A stretch of DNA of 64,000 nucleotides from Candidatus Staskawiczbacteria bacterium RIFCSPHIGHO2_01_FULL_39_25 (GCA_001820095.1 MHOO01000003.1:987-64986), one strand, 5' to 3'. Shown: positions 18,335-27,532, counted from the stretch's first letter. Made by a program: numbers and translations. The notes: generated from the letters alone by a model not told the origin.

Positions 18335-18766
18335 ATGCAGATACATCAATTACAACCTATCCATAGCTCCAAGAACAGGAAACGGGTTGGCCGAGGAGGC
18401 AAGAAAGGCACGTATTCTGGAAAAGGAGGGAAGGGCCAAACCGCAAGAGCTGGCAGAAAACTGGCGCCTATTATCAGGGAGCTTATTAAAAGGTATCCAA
18501 AGCTAAAAGGATATCGCAGGTTTGTTTTGGAAAATAATTCAACGGTAGTAAATCTAGACATGCTTAATAAGCATTTCAAAGATGGAGAAGTTGTAAATCC
18601 AGCAAATTTGATTACAAAGGGAATAGTACATATGATAAAAGGCAAAGTTGGAGAGGTGAAGATTCTTGGAAAGGGCGTGTTGGATAAAAAGCTAACTATT
18701 GAAAACTGCAAGGTTTCAGAAACTGCAAAAAAAGCCATTGAAAAAGCGGGCGGCACCGTGAAATAA
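18335..18766 (+). CDS. rplO: 50S ribosomal protein L15
   Basis: MQIHQLQPIHSSKNRKRVGRGGKKGTYSGKGGKGQ. Confidence 0.94.
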   Translation: MQIHQLQPIHSSKNRKRVGRGGKKGTYSGKGGKGQTARAGRKLAPIIRELIKRYPKLKGYRRFVLENNSTVVNLDMLNKHFKDGEVVNPANLITKGIVHMIKGKVGEVKILGKGVLDKKLTIENCKVSETAKKAIEKAGGTVK

Positions 18767-18843
18767 CAATTTACCATTGACATTTGACCATTGACAGCAA
18801 CTTGCGGTTGGTCAATTGTTAATTGTTAAATGTTAATTGTTAA
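18766..18843. repeat. Heptamer-array hairpin, family A variant, copy 6
   Basis: TAA|CAATTTACCATTGACATTTGACCATTGACAGC...GGTCAATTGTTAATTGTTAAATGTTAATTGTTAA. Confidence 0.85.
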
Positions 18844-18846
18844 ACT

Positions 18847-20124
18847 ATGTGGTACGAAAAGATATTACTATTTTTCAAAAATAAAGAACTAAGGAATAAA
18901 TTTCTTTTTGTTTTTGGTCTTTTTTTAGTTTTTAGGATAGCAGCTAATGTTCCCATCCCGGGAATTGGCGTAGAAAATTTAAGAAAATTCTTTGCTGAAA
19001 ACCAGGTATTCGGCCTTTTGAATATATTCTCTGGCGGGGCGTTAAGCAACTTTTCAATTGTGCTGCTCGGCCTAGGCCCTTACATTACTGCTACTATTAT
19101 TTTGCAATTGCTAACCATGGTTTTCCCTGCGTTGGAAAAAATGTATAAAGAAGAAGGAGAAGCAGGCCGGCAGAAATTCAACCAATACGGCAGGCTCTTA
19201 ACTATTCCTTTGGCAGTATTTGAAGGATATGGGATGTTAACGCTCTTTCAGCGACAAGGGGTTATTAGCGCTTTATCACCGGAAATTCTCGTTAGTTCCA
19301 TTATCACTATTGTAGCTGGATCCATGTTTTTAATGTGGATTGGAGAAATTATCACTGAGCAGGGCATAGGAAACGGAATTTCACTGTTAATTTTCGCCGG
19401 TATCGTAGCAAGGCTGCCAATCAATATTTTCCAAACGTTTGTAAGCTGGGATCCATCTAAAATCCCTTCTTATATTTTGTTCTTTGCCTTATCTATCTTG
19501 ATTATTGCAGGGGTAGTACTAATTACCGAAGCCCGCAGGAATATACCGGTCTCATATGCAAAGCGGGTTAGGGGGTCAAAAATGTATGGCGGAGTTTCTA
19601 CGTATCTTCCTTTAAATGTGAACCCCGCAGGAGTTATCCCTATTATCTTTGCTCTTTCCATTCTTCTGTTTCCTAGCATGGTTGCCGGATTTTTTGGGAC
19701 GGTTCCCGGCATGGTGGGAGATGCAGCAAATGCCGTGGCGGCTTTTTTCAATAACCAATGGGTTAACGGTATATTTTACTTTATATTAGTTATTATGTTC
19801 ACCTATTTTTATACTGCTGTCACCTTTAATCCGCAAACTATTGCTGAAAACTTGCAGAAAATGGGCGGATTTATTCCAGGAGTAAGGCCCGGCAGATCAA
19901 CATCTGAATTTTTAAAACATATTTTAAACAGGGTATTATTTACGGGCGCCTTATCTCTTGGGCTCATTGCTGTGTTGCCAAATATTGTTGCGGGCATTAC
20001 CGAGGTTACTAGTTTTACCTTTTTAATTGGAGGCACGTCACTATTAATTATTGTAAGCGTGGTATTGGAAACCATGAGGCAGATCAACGCGCAATTACAG
20101 ATGCGGGAATACGACACTTTTTAA
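18847..20124 (+). CDS. secY: Preprotein translocase subunit SecY
   Basis: 425 aa, 10 TM helices; GIGNGISLLIFAGI, at the operon position after rplO. Confidence 0.97.
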   Translation: MWYEKILLFFKNKELRNKFLFVFGLFLVFRIAANVPIPGIGVENLRKFFAENQVFGLLNIFSGGALSNFSIVLLGLGPYITATIILQLLTMVFPALEKMYKEEGEAGRQKFNQYGRLLTIPLAVFEGYGMLTLFQRQGVISALSPEILVSSIITIVAGSMFLMWIGEIITEQGIGNGISLLIFAGIVARLPINIFQTFVSWDPSKIPSYILFFALSILIIAGVVLITEARRNIPVSYAKRVRGSKMYGGVSTYLPLNVNPAGVIPIIFALSILLFPSMVAGFFGTVPGMVGDAANAVAAFFNNQWVNGIFYFILVIMFTYFYTAVTFNPQTIAENLQKMGGFIPGVRPGRSTSEFLKHILNRVLFTGALSLGLIAVLPNIVAGITEVTSFTFLIGGTSLLIIVSVVLETMRQINAQLQMREYDTF

Positions 20125-20139
20125 TTTGAATGCAAATTA

Positions 20140-20222
20140 AAAAGTGAATTTTCAATTTTTCCCGCAAGGCGGGATCCCGTTTGCGGGAAAATTTTCAATC
20201 AATTTTCAATTACTTAATTTTC
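20140..20222. repeat. AATTTTC-unit low-complexity element (E-like) with two GC hairpins
   Basis: gaattttcaattttt-cccgcaaggcggg-atcccgtttgcggga-aaattttcaatcaattttcaatt. Confidence 0.75.
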
Positions 20223-20226
20223 AAAC

Positions 20227-20252
20227 AAAAATCCGCCTGAGGCGGATTTTTG
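20227..20252 (+). terminator. Rho-independent terminator after secY
   Basis: aaaaatccgcc-tgag-gcggattttt. Confidence 0.7.
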
Positions 20253-20263
20253 AGTAAGTAAAT

Positions 20264-20291
20264 TTGATAAATTTTATATTTTTGATACAAT
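20264..20291 (+). promoter_or_regulatory. Candidate promoter for adk
   Basis: TTGATA (20264-20269), 16-nt spacer, TGaTACAAT extended -10 (-10 hexamer 20286-20291). Confidence 0.45.
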
Positions 20292-20299
20292 GGTTGAAT

Positions 20300-21013
20300 A
20301 TGTCAAAGCAAGTTATTATTTTATTCGGGCCGCCGGGGGCGGGAAAAGGCACGCAGTCAGAGCTCTTATCTGAAAAGATGGGGCTGTATTTATTTGAGAC
20401 CAGCAAAATTCTAGAAAAGGAGTTTAAAAAAGCAGAAGATATGCCAGGAGATTCCCCTGAACGGTTTGTAGAAATTGAAGGCGAAAAATTTGATGTATTA
20501 AATGAAAAAGAAATTTGGAAAAAAGGGGAATTATGCAGTCCGCCGTGGGTAACCTATCTTACGATGAAAGAGTTTAAACGATTACATGATGATGGCGATA
20601 ATTTAATTATTGCGGGATCTCCAAGAACCGTTTACGAAGCCGAACGGGAGATGCCTCTTTTGGCTGAATTATATGGCAAGGAACATATAAAAATAGTACT
20701 AATAGAAATTTCAGCGGATGTAACGGTATTCAGGAACACGCATAGGAAGATTTGCGAGTTAATGCGCCACTCTATTTTATTTAATAAAGAAACCGAAACG
20801 CTGACGATTTGCCCTTTAGACGGTTCTAAATTAATGAAACGCAAAGATCTAGATGATCCCGAAACCATAAAAACAAGGCTTGAACAATATAAAGCAAGAA
20901 CCCTGCCGTTATTCAATTATTTTAAAGAGAATAATTTTAACGTCCATAAAATCAATGGAGAGGGAAGTGTGGCAAAGGTGCATGAAGAAATACTGCGAAT
21001 AGTGGAAGTGTGA
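20300..21013 (+). CDS. adk: Adenylate kinase (long form)
   Basis: MSKQVIILFGPPGAGKGTQ P-loop. The TGA stop is part of the GTGAAT terminus of repeat B7. Confidence 0.85.
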   Translation: MSKQVIILFGPPGAGKGTQSELLSEKMGLYLFETSKILEKEFKKAEDMPGDSPERFVEIEGEKFDVLNEKEIWKKGELCSPPWVTYLTMKEFKRLHDDGDNLIIAGSPRTVYEAEREMPLLAELYGKEHIKIVLIEISADVTVFRNTHRKICELMRHSILFNKETETLTICPLDGSKLMKRKDLDDPETIKTRLEQYKARTLPLFNYFKENNFNVHKINGEGSVAKVHEEILRIVEV

Positions 21014-21146
21014 ATATAGAATCTCATATCTTGAATCTGGAATACCTGCCTGCGCAGGCAGGGAATAAAAGAATACTGAATGTAAAAATTCACATTCTAA
21101 ATTCATTATTCAATTCAAGCTACAAGATACAAAATTCAAGATTCAA
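21009..21146. repeat. MITE-like palindromic element, family B, copy 7, with a GC-rich apical palindrome
   Basis: GTGTGAATATAGAATCTCATATCTTG...; apex cctgcctgcgcaggcagg at 21045-21062. Confidence 0.85.
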
Positions 21147-21151
21147 TTTAG

Positions 21152-21898
21152 ATGATTCATTTAAAAACCTCCGAGGAAGTTCAAATAATGGCTGAAGGGG
21201 GTAAGATTCTGGCAACTGCCTTAAAAGAAATAGAAAAAATGGCAAAGCCGGGAATTACCACCTTAGAACTGGATAGGGCCGCAGAGGCCCTTATTTTAAA
21301 GCACGGCGCAAAACCGGCATTTAAGGGATATGAGGGGTTTCCCTACTCTTTATGTGCATCGGTGAATGATGTGATAGTACATGGATTTCCCTCAAATTAT
21401 CGGTTGAAAGAAGGCGATATTGTCGGGTTGGATTTGGGCGTGTTGTACAAGGGCTATAATACTGATATGGCAGTCACGGTAGCGATAGGCGAGGTTTCAT
21501 TTGAAGCGAGAAGATTGCTGACGGTTGCAAAAAAAGCATTGCGGCTAGGCATCAAAAAAGCGCGCGCAGGCATCACTACGGGCGATATCGGCAATACCAT
21601 TCAGCGATACATTGAAGATCAAGGATATGGCGTAGTAAGGGATTTATGCGGGCATGGCATTGGCAAAGAGGTGCATGAAGAACCCCAAGTCCCTAATTAT
21701 GGGGACAGGCACAAGGGAACCGTATTAAAGGAGGGCATGGTCATTTGCATAGAACCCATGGTGACGGTAGGCAGCCATATGTTAAAGAGAGCAAAAGACG
21801 GCTATGGCTTTGCCACTAAAGACGGATTGCTGGCAGCCCATTTTGAACATACCGTTGCCATTACTAAAGATGGCTGCAAAGTATTAACAGAAATTTAA
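21152..21898 (+). CDS. map: Type I methionine aminopeptidase
   Basis: HGFPSNYRLKEGDIVGLDLG...GHGIGKEVHEEP...EHTV. Confidence 0.96.
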   Translation: MIHLKTSEEVQIMAEGGKILATALKEIEKMAKPGITTLELDRAAEALILKHGAKPAFKGYEGFPYSLCASVNDVIVHGFPSNYRLKEGDIVGLDLGVLYKGYNTDMAVTVAIGEVSFEARRLLTVAKKALRLGIKKARAGITTGDIGNTIQRYIEDQGYGVVRDLCGHGIGKEVHEEPQVPNYGDRHKGTVLKEGMVICIEPMVTVGSHMLKRAKDGYGFATKDGLLAAHFEHTVAITKDGCKVLTEI

Positions 21899-21902
21899 TG
21901 GG

Positions 21903-21929
21903 ACCACCTTTATTTGAAGGTGGTTTTTT
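21903..21929 (+). terminator. Rho-independent terminator after map
   Basis: accacctt-tatttg-aaggtggt followed by tttttt. Confidence 0.7.
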
Positions 21930-21943
21930 GTTACAATAAAGTC

Positions 21944-22687
21944 ATGAAACTCATTGTCGCAAATTGGAAGATGAATCCGGAAAGCGCTCAAAAGGCAACT
22001 GAGCTTTTTGAAGCTGTGAAAAATGGCGTTATAGATACTAAAAACGTTGAAGTGGTTATCTGTCCTCCGTTTGTATATTTGCCGTTATTTTCCGGATTGA
22101 CGCTGGGCGCGCAGAATGTTTTTTTCAAAGAAAAAGGGGCATTTACCGGAGAAGTTTCTCCTGTCATGCTTAAGGATTTAAAAGTGCAATATGTGATTAT
22201 AGGGCATTCAGAAGCCAGAAAGCATTTGAATGAAACCGATGAAATAATCAATAAGAAAGTTAAAGAATGCCTCTTAGTAGGCTTAACGCCAATTCTGTGC
22301 ATCGGGGAAACAATAGAAGAAAAAGAATCAGGCAGGAAAGAAGAAGTGTTAAAAAAGCAAATAACCGAAGGATTAGCCGGAGTGTCAAATGTTAATGGTC
22401 AAATGTCAAATGTAATTATCGCCTATGAGCCGGTATGGGCTATTGGCACCGGGCATAGTTGTTCTTCGGAAGAAACGCAAGAAATGGTGTCAGCCATAAG
22501 AGAAATTATTACAGATTTATATGAGAAAGAATTATCAGATACGATGAGAATTCTGTATGGGGGAAGCGTGGATAGCAAAAATTCAAATTCATATTTAGCT
22601 ATTTCGGGGCTTAGTGGGCTTTTAATTGGATCAGATTCTTTAGATGCCCAGGATTTTATTAAAATAGTAGCGTCAGCTGGCATTTGA
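21944..22687 (+). CDS. tpiA: Triosephosphate isomerase
   Basis: MKLIVANWKMN...IGHSEAR...IAYEPVWAIGTG. Contains the in-frame repeat-derived segment VSNVNGQMSNV. Confidence 0.93.
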   Translation: MKLIVANWKMNPESAQKATELFEAVKNGVIDTKNVEVVICPPFVYLPLFSGLTLGAQNVFFKEKGAFTGEVSPVMLKDLKVQYVIIGHSEARKHLNETDEIINKKVKECLLVGLTPILCIGETIEEKESGRKEEVLKKQITEGLAGVSNVNGQMSNVIIAYEPVWAIGTGHSCSSEETQEMVSAIREIITDLYEKELSDTMRILYGGSVDSKNSNSYLAISGLSGLLIGSDSLDAQDFIKIVASAGI

Positions 22688-22718
22688 CAAATCTTTAGAT
22701 TGCCGTAGTATTAGTGCA

Positions 22719-23246
22719 ATGAGTGAAGAAATTAAAAACGGGCAATTTTTCAGCCCCAGTAAGGGAAATTTAGCATTTAACGAAGTTATAAAAGAAATTT
22801 ATAATTATATTTCGGCTGAACCGGAATTTTTTTATGATATTATAGTAGGATGCGATTCGCCTTCTTCTGACAAGCCATTTTTTCCTATTGCTATTGTAGT
22901 ATTGAGAACGGGAGCTGGCGGCAGGTTCTTTTTGAAAAAAATGCATTACCCCGATGCTTATTTAAAAAGGTTTATGCACATTAATTGGAAGCAGCGGATT
23001 TTGCAAGAAGTGTATTTATCGTGCGAATTAGCCCTCTTGCTGCGGGAAACTTTGGAAAGGGAATTTGGAAAAGCAACTCCTACATTTAACTATCAATTTC
23101 AGTACATTCATGCTGATGTTGGCGAACAGGGAAAAACCAAAGAAATGGTAAAAGAAGTGGTTGGGTTAATCAAGAGCAACGGATTTGAACCCATGATAAA
23201 GCCACATTCTTTTGCGGCGTCAGTAGTGGCTGATAGATACACGTAA
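22719..23246 (+). CDS. Hypothetical protein, possibly YkuK/DUF458-like (RNase H-like fold)
   Basis: 175 aa; pattern YDIIVGCDSPSS...PIAIVVLRTGAGGRFF resembles DUF458. Assigned from memory only. Confidence 0.45.
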   Translation: MSEEIKNGQFFSPSKGNLAFNEVIKEIYNYISAEPEFFYDIIVGCDSPSSDKPFFPIAIVVLRTGAGGRFFLKKMHYPDAYLKRFMHINWKQRILQEVYLSCELALLLRETLEREFGKATPTFNYQFQYIHADVGEQGKTKEMVKEVVGLIKSNGFEPMIKPHSFAASVVADRYT

Positions 23247-23327
23247 TGAATTTAAAATTTGTACTTGAGCTTGCTCAAGGAGCTTGCGCTCTAATTTACA
23301 ATTTGAAATTACTGAATTTTAAAAAAG

Positions 23328-23351
23328 AAACGCCGGAAAGCCGGCGTTTTA
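23328..23351 (+). terminator. Rho-independent terminator
   Basis: aaacgccgg-aaag-ccggcgtttt. Confidence 0.7.
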
Positions 23352-23383
23352 CGTTAAAGAAAATTGTGATATAATTCCATATT

Positions 23384-25090
23384 ATGCAGTCGTATGAATT
23401 ACGTCAAAAGTTTCTGGGTTTTTTCGAGAAACATGGACATAAAATAGTGCCCAGTTCTTCGCTATTGCCTACCGACCCTTCGGTGCTGTTTACTACTGCC
23501 GGAATGCAACAATTCAAACCATATTACACTGGTGAAGCTGATGCTATGGCAGATTTCGGCTCTTTGAATACTGTTTCAATCCAAAAATCAATGCGCACAT
23601 CTGATATTGATGAAGTGGGCGACGATACGCATGATACGTTTTTTGAAATGCTTGGAAATTTCAGTTTTGGTGGATATTGGAAGAAGGAAGCTATTGAATA
23701 TGCTCATGAGTTTATAACTAAAATCGTAGGCTTAGAAATTTCTTATGTTACAGTTTTTAAGGGATCTGATGTTGTTCCAAAGGATAAAGAATCTAAAGAA
23801 ATCTGGAAATCTTTAGGTATTTCTGATGTACGTGAAGAGGGCATGGAAGACGTTTTCTGGGGTCCAACGGGAAGTAATGGTCCGTGCGGTCCTACTACTG
23901 AAATTTATTGCAAAAATGCCAATGGTAAGGATGTAGAAATTTGGAATATTGTGTTCAATGAATTTTTTTGCGATGGTTCACGTGAACAATTATTAGAAGG
24001 AATTGCAAAGTTTACTCCACTTGGTAAAAAGGGGATTGATACGGGCATGGGCTTGGAGCGTCTTGCCATGATAGCTCAAAAAACATCAAACATTTTTGAT
24101 ACCGATTTATTTTCACCGATTATGCGTACTATTCCCGATGTTGAATTACGAATTAAACGAATTATTGCCGATCATTTTCGTTCGTCAGTCTTTTTAATTT
24201 CTGATGGAGTATTACCTTCTAATAAAGACCAAGGCTATATTTTGCGCCGTCTCCTGCGTCGGGCCATGACATATGCAAAAATCAATGGCTTCCCCAAAGA
24301 GGGACCTGCCGATTTAATTCATGCCATTATTGATGTATATAAGGCACAATATCGGGAGCTTGATTCAAATCGCATGAAGATCATAGATATGGTTTATGAA
24401 GAAAGAGAAAAGTTTGGGGCAACTGTAGAAAAAGGGCTAAAAGAGTTAGAGAAAATGCAAAAAATTGATGCAAAAAATGCTTTCTTTCTCTATCAAACTT
24501 TTGGTGTTCCATTTGATATTATTAAAGAGCTGCGTGCAAAAGATCTTAATCAAGGAGCCTTTGAAGATGAATTAAAAAAGCATCAAGAGCTTTCGCGTAC
24601 GGCATCAGCTGGAATGTTTAAGGGGGGATTAGCCGACCATGATCCAAAAACCATTAAATTACACACAGCGCACCATTTGCTTTTGGCGGTGCTTGGAGAG
24701 TTATTTGGCAAGACAGTAAAGCAAAAAGGGAGTAATATTAACCAAGAACGCTTAAGGATTGATTTTTCTTTTGATAGAAAATTAACCGATGAGGAAAAAA
24801 AGAAAATTGAAGCCAGGGTGAATGAAAAAATACAGGAAGGGCTTTTAGTCGTAAAACGGGAAATGCCTAAAGAAGAAGCCGAAAAAATTGGAGCAGAAAT
24901 GGAATTTGGTGTAAAATACGGTAATACGGTATTAGTGTATTTTATTGAAGATAAAAAAGGAAATGTTTTTAGCAAAGAATTTTGCGGAGGCCCTCATGTG
25001 AGCAACACCTCCGAATTAGGAAAGTTTAAGATTATGAAAGAAGAAGCTGTCAGTGCGGGAGTAAGAAGGATTAAAGCAACCCTAGAATAA
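23384..25090 (+). CDS. alaS: Alanyl-tRNA synthetase, short form (568 aa; ends after the editing core, no C-Ala domain)
   Basis: LFTTAGMQQFKPYY, FEMLGNFSFGGY, GMGLERL, HTAHHLL...CGGPHV. Confidence 0.9.
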   Translation: MQSYELRQKFLGFFEKHGHKIVPSSSLLPTDPSVLFTTAGMQQFKPYYTGEADAMADFGSLNTVSIQKSMRTSDIDEVGDDTHDTFFEMLGNFSFGGYWKKEAIEYAHEFITKIVGLEISYVTVFKGSDVVPKDKESKEIWKSLGISDVREEGMEDVFWGPTGSNGPCGPTTEIYCKNANGKDVEIWNIVFNEFFCDGSREQLLEGIAKFTPLGKKGIDTGMGLERLAMIAQKTSNIFDTDLFSPIMRTIPDVELRIKRIIADHFRSSVFLISDGVLPSNKDQGYILRRLLRRAMTYAKINGFPKEGPADLIHAIIDVYKAQYRELDSNRMKIIDMVYEEREKFGATVEKGLKELEKMQKIDAKNAFFLYQTFGVPFDIIKELRAKDLNQGAFEDELKKHQELSRTASAGMFKGGLADHDPKTIKLHTAHHLLLAVLGELFGKTVKQKGSNINQERLRIDFSFDRKLTDEEKKKIEARVNEKIQEGLLVVKREMPKEEAEKIGAEMEFGVKYGNTVLVYFIEDKKGNVFSKEFCGGPHVSNTSELGKFKIMKEEAVSAGVRRIKATLE

Positions 25091-25205
25091 ATCCGAAGCA
25101 CGAAATCCGAAATCCGAAACAAACCTGAATTTTCAAAACATAAAAATTCAAAACTTGTTTCGAATTTCGAGATTCGGATTTCGAATTTCTTTTACGAAGT
25201 AAAAG
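25088..25205. repeat. Heptamer-array hairpin element, family C, copy 3
   Basis: TAA|ATCCGAAGCACGAAATCCGAAATCCGAAAC...GTTTCGAATTTCGAGATTCGGATTTCGAATTTC, then the mini-hairpin cttttac-gaa-gtaaaag. Confidence 0.85.
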
Positions 25206-25209
25206 CAAT

Positions 25210-26487
25210 ATGGCTAAAAAGATCTACGATATTTTACCGCCCAATAAAGTAAACAAACCGAAAGAAGCGGTCAATATTTTTATTGATCATAAAAAGAAAA
25301 GAACCAGAAAAGCACTTGAGCAGCCCCAACCTATAAAAAAGCGTTTTGCATTGAAGGAAATTTTGGTTGGGGGAGGGATTATTGTTTTCTTATGCGGAAT
25401 TTATCTATATAATGTTTTGCAGAGCGTTCAGGTGGAAATTTTGCCAAAACTAGAAGTATTGGCTTTGTCAGAAAAAGTCATGGCAGACATATCAGTCAAA
25501 GAAGTTGATATTGCTAAAAAAATGATTCCCGCTCAGTATTTTTCAGAAGAAAAGAGCGGTTCGCGGGAATTTGACGCAACGGGAAGCGCCTCAAATGAAG
25601 GCAAGGCTACAGGCACCATAAAAATTTATAATAAAATCAGCCCGTCAACGCCTTTTGTGCTTAAGGCGGGAACCCATTTCTTATCTGATTCGGGCAAATA
25701 TTTTGTTACCTTGGAAAGGCTTACTATTCCTGCCGGACAAAAAAATGCGCCGGGGTCCATAAGCGCCAAGGTGCAAGCCGAAGAATCCGGGAAAGAGTAT
25801 AATATCGGGCCTTCTAAGTTTTCTGTTCCGAAGTTATCTGGCACTGAATACTATTATAGTATCTGGGGTGAATCTACGAGCGCTATGACGGGGGGGTATG
25901 CGGGAACAGTAAAAAAAGTAACCGGCGATGATATTTCCCAGGCAAAAGAAGCCCTTACGAAAGAATTGCTAGCCGAAGCAATCGCATCGCTGAAAAATAA
26001 ACTTTCCGCAGAGGACGTTTTATTGGATAACGCTTTAGTAAGCGAAGTTGTTGAAGCTACTTCTAACGTAAACCAAAATACGGTCGTAGAAAAATTTACT
26101 GAACAGGCAAGAGTAAAAGTTTCAGCGTTGGTTTTCAAAAAGCATGATGTGGAAAAGTTTGTCAAAAGTATTGCGGCAGATAATCTGCCGGAAGAAAAAG
26201 ATTTCTTGGAAAAAACCTTAGATATTGCCTATGAACTAGAGTCAGCGGATATGAAAAAAGGGCTGGAAGTTCTTAATTTACAAGCATCGATTCAAACATA
26301 TTACAGGATAGAAACTACGGACTTAATTGATTTATTTGCTTCTAAATCAGCTGAGCAAATAAAACAAATTGTTGTTTCTAGGTATTCTGATAAAATCTCT
26401 GAAACAAAAGTTAAATTCTGGCCGTTTTGGGTGAATAAGGCCCCTAAGGACAAAGATAAAATTAACATCAATTTAAATTTTCAGTAG
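25210..26487 (+). CDS. Hypothetical membrane-anchored protein
   Basis: 425-aa ORF with one N-terminal TM helix (ILVGGGIIVFLCGIYLY); no recognisable motif. Confidence 0.6.
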   Translation: MAKKIYDILPPNKVNKPKEAVNIFIDHKKKRTRKALEQPQPIKKRFALKEILVGGGIIVFLCGIYLYNVLQSVQVEILPKLEVLALSEKVMADISVKEVDIAKKMIPAQYFSEEKSGSREFDATGSASNEGKATGTIKIYNKISPSTPFVLKAGTHFLSDSGKYFVTLERLTIPAGQKNAPGSISAKVQAEESGKEYNIGPSKFSVPKLSGTEYYYSIWGESTSAMTGGYAGTVKKVTGDDISQAKEALTKELLAEAIASLKNKLSAEDVLLDNALVSEVVEATSNVNQNTVVEKFTEQARVKVSALVFKKHDVEKFVKSIAADNLPEEKDFLEKTLDIAYELESADMKKGLEVLNLQASIQTYYRIETTDLIDLFASKSAEQIKQIVVSRYSDKISETKVKFWPFWVNKAPKDKDKININLNFQ

Positions 26488-26516
26488 ATCGTACCTGCTG
26501 TAACTGTGAACATATG

Positions 26517-26545
26517 CCCGCGCTAATAGGCGCGGGTTCTATTTT
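26517..26545 (+). terminator. Rho-independent terminator
   Basis: cccgcgc-taatag-gcgcggg followed by ttctatttt. Confidence 0.65.
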
Positions 26546-26556
26546 GAAGGGAAGTG

Positions 26557-26585
26557 TTGACTAAAAAAGATATATTTGTTAGTAT
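26557..26585 (+). promoter_or_regulatory. Candidate promoter of the infA-rpmJ-rpsM unit
   Basis: TTGACT (26557-26562), 17-nt spacer, TAGTAT (26580-26585). Confidence 0.45.
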
Positions 26586-26598
26586 TTATATTACATAA

Positions 26599-26847
26599 AT
26601 GAATCAAAACGAAGGTACCAATAGCGACCAAAATAGCAAGAAAATTATAAAATGCGAAGGTGTTGTTATGGAGGCTTTGCCAAACGCCTTTTTTAGGGTA
26701 TTATTAAGCGACGGCAGAGAGATTATAGGATTTTTATCGGGTAAAATGAGGCTTAATAAAATCAAGATTTTAACGGGCGATAAGGTAACCATAGAAATGA
26801 CGCCCTATGACGAGAAGAAAGGAAGGATAGTGTATAGGCTAAAATAG
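26599..26847 (+). CDS. infA: Translation initiation factor IF-1
   Basis: [52 protein letters not shown]. Confidence 0.93.
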   Translation: MNQNEGTNSDQNSKKIIKCEGVVMEALPNAFFRVLLSDGREIIGFLSGKMRLNKIKILTGDKVTIEMTPYDEKKGRIVYRLK

Positions 26848-26850
26848 CCA

Positions 26851-26933
26851 ACAATTGACCATTGACAATTAACCATTGACAACGTTTTTAAAAATTCGTT
26901 ATGTCAAATGTTAAATGTCACATGTCAAATGTT
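26851..26933. repeat. Heptamer-array hairpin, family A, copy 7
   Basis: acaattgaccattgacaattaaccattgacaacg-tttttaaaaatt-cgttatgtcaaatgttaaatgtcacatgtcaaatgtt. Confidence 0.9.
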
Positions 26934-26938
26934 ATATT

Positions 26939-27055
26939 ATGAAGGTCAGGCCATCAATAAAAAAAATTTGCAATGACTGCCAGATTGTAAAAAGAGAGGG
27001 AAATTTATACGTTATTTGCAAAAAAAATCCAAAACATAAACAACGCCAAGGCTAA
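26939..27055 (+). CDS. rpmJ: 50S ribosomal protein L36 (38 aa; below the ORF-track cutoff)
   Basis: Own translation: [38 protein letters not shown]. Confidence 0.9.
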   Translation: MKVRPSIKKICNDCQIVKREGNLYVICKKNPKHKQRQG

Positions 27056-27140
27056 CCATTGACCATTGACAATTGACCATTGACAACGTTTTTAAAAATT
27101 CGTTATGTCAAATGTCAAATGTCAAATGTCAAATGTCAAA
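27055..27140. repeat. Heptamer-array hairpin, family A, copy 8
   Basis: TAA|CCATTGACCATTGACAATTGACCATTGACAACG-TTTTTAAAAATT-CGTTATGTCAAATGTCAAATGTCAAATGTCAAATGTCAAA. Confidence 0.9.
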
Positions 27141-27142
27141 CT

Positions 27143-27532
27143 GTGCCACGTATCGCAGGGGTAACCATTCCCGAAAATAAAAGAATTGAAGTAGCCATTA
27201 CCTATATTTACGGTATCGGGAGTTCTTTAGGTAGAAAGATTTTAAGCCAGGCAAATATTGACGCTAATAAAAAAGCTAAAGATTTAACCCCCCAAGAAGT
27301 GAACCACTTAAGGGAAATCATTGAAAAAAGCCATAAAATTGAGGGAGATTTAAGAAGGCAAGTGATGGTAAATATAAAAAGACTAAAAGATATTAGCGCA
27401 TGGAGAGGATTGCGGCATGCCAAGAAATTACCCGTGAGAGGCCAAAGAACAAAGACAAATACCAGAACGGTGCGGGGCAATGTAAGAAAAACAATGGGGT
27501 CGGGAAGAAAGCCGGCAGCATCACCAACATAG
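27143..27532 (+). CDS. rpsM: 30S ribosomal protein S13 (GTG start)
   Basis: (M)PRIAGVTIPENKRIEVAITYIYGIG. Confidence 0.95.
   Translation: MPRIAGVTIPENKRIEVAITYIYGIGSSLGRKILSQANIDANKKAKDLTPQEVNHLREIIEKSHKIEGDLRRQVMVNIKRLKDISAWRGLRHAKKLPVRGQRTKTNTRTVRGNVRKTMGSGRKPAASPT

Noticed and set aside
27100-27140. Tandem short-repeat arrays (for example GTCAAAT x5) that could be mistaken for CRISPR arrays
   Set aside because: Units are 7 nt with no spacers, each array is paired with a complementary arm to form a hairpin, and no cas genes are present.
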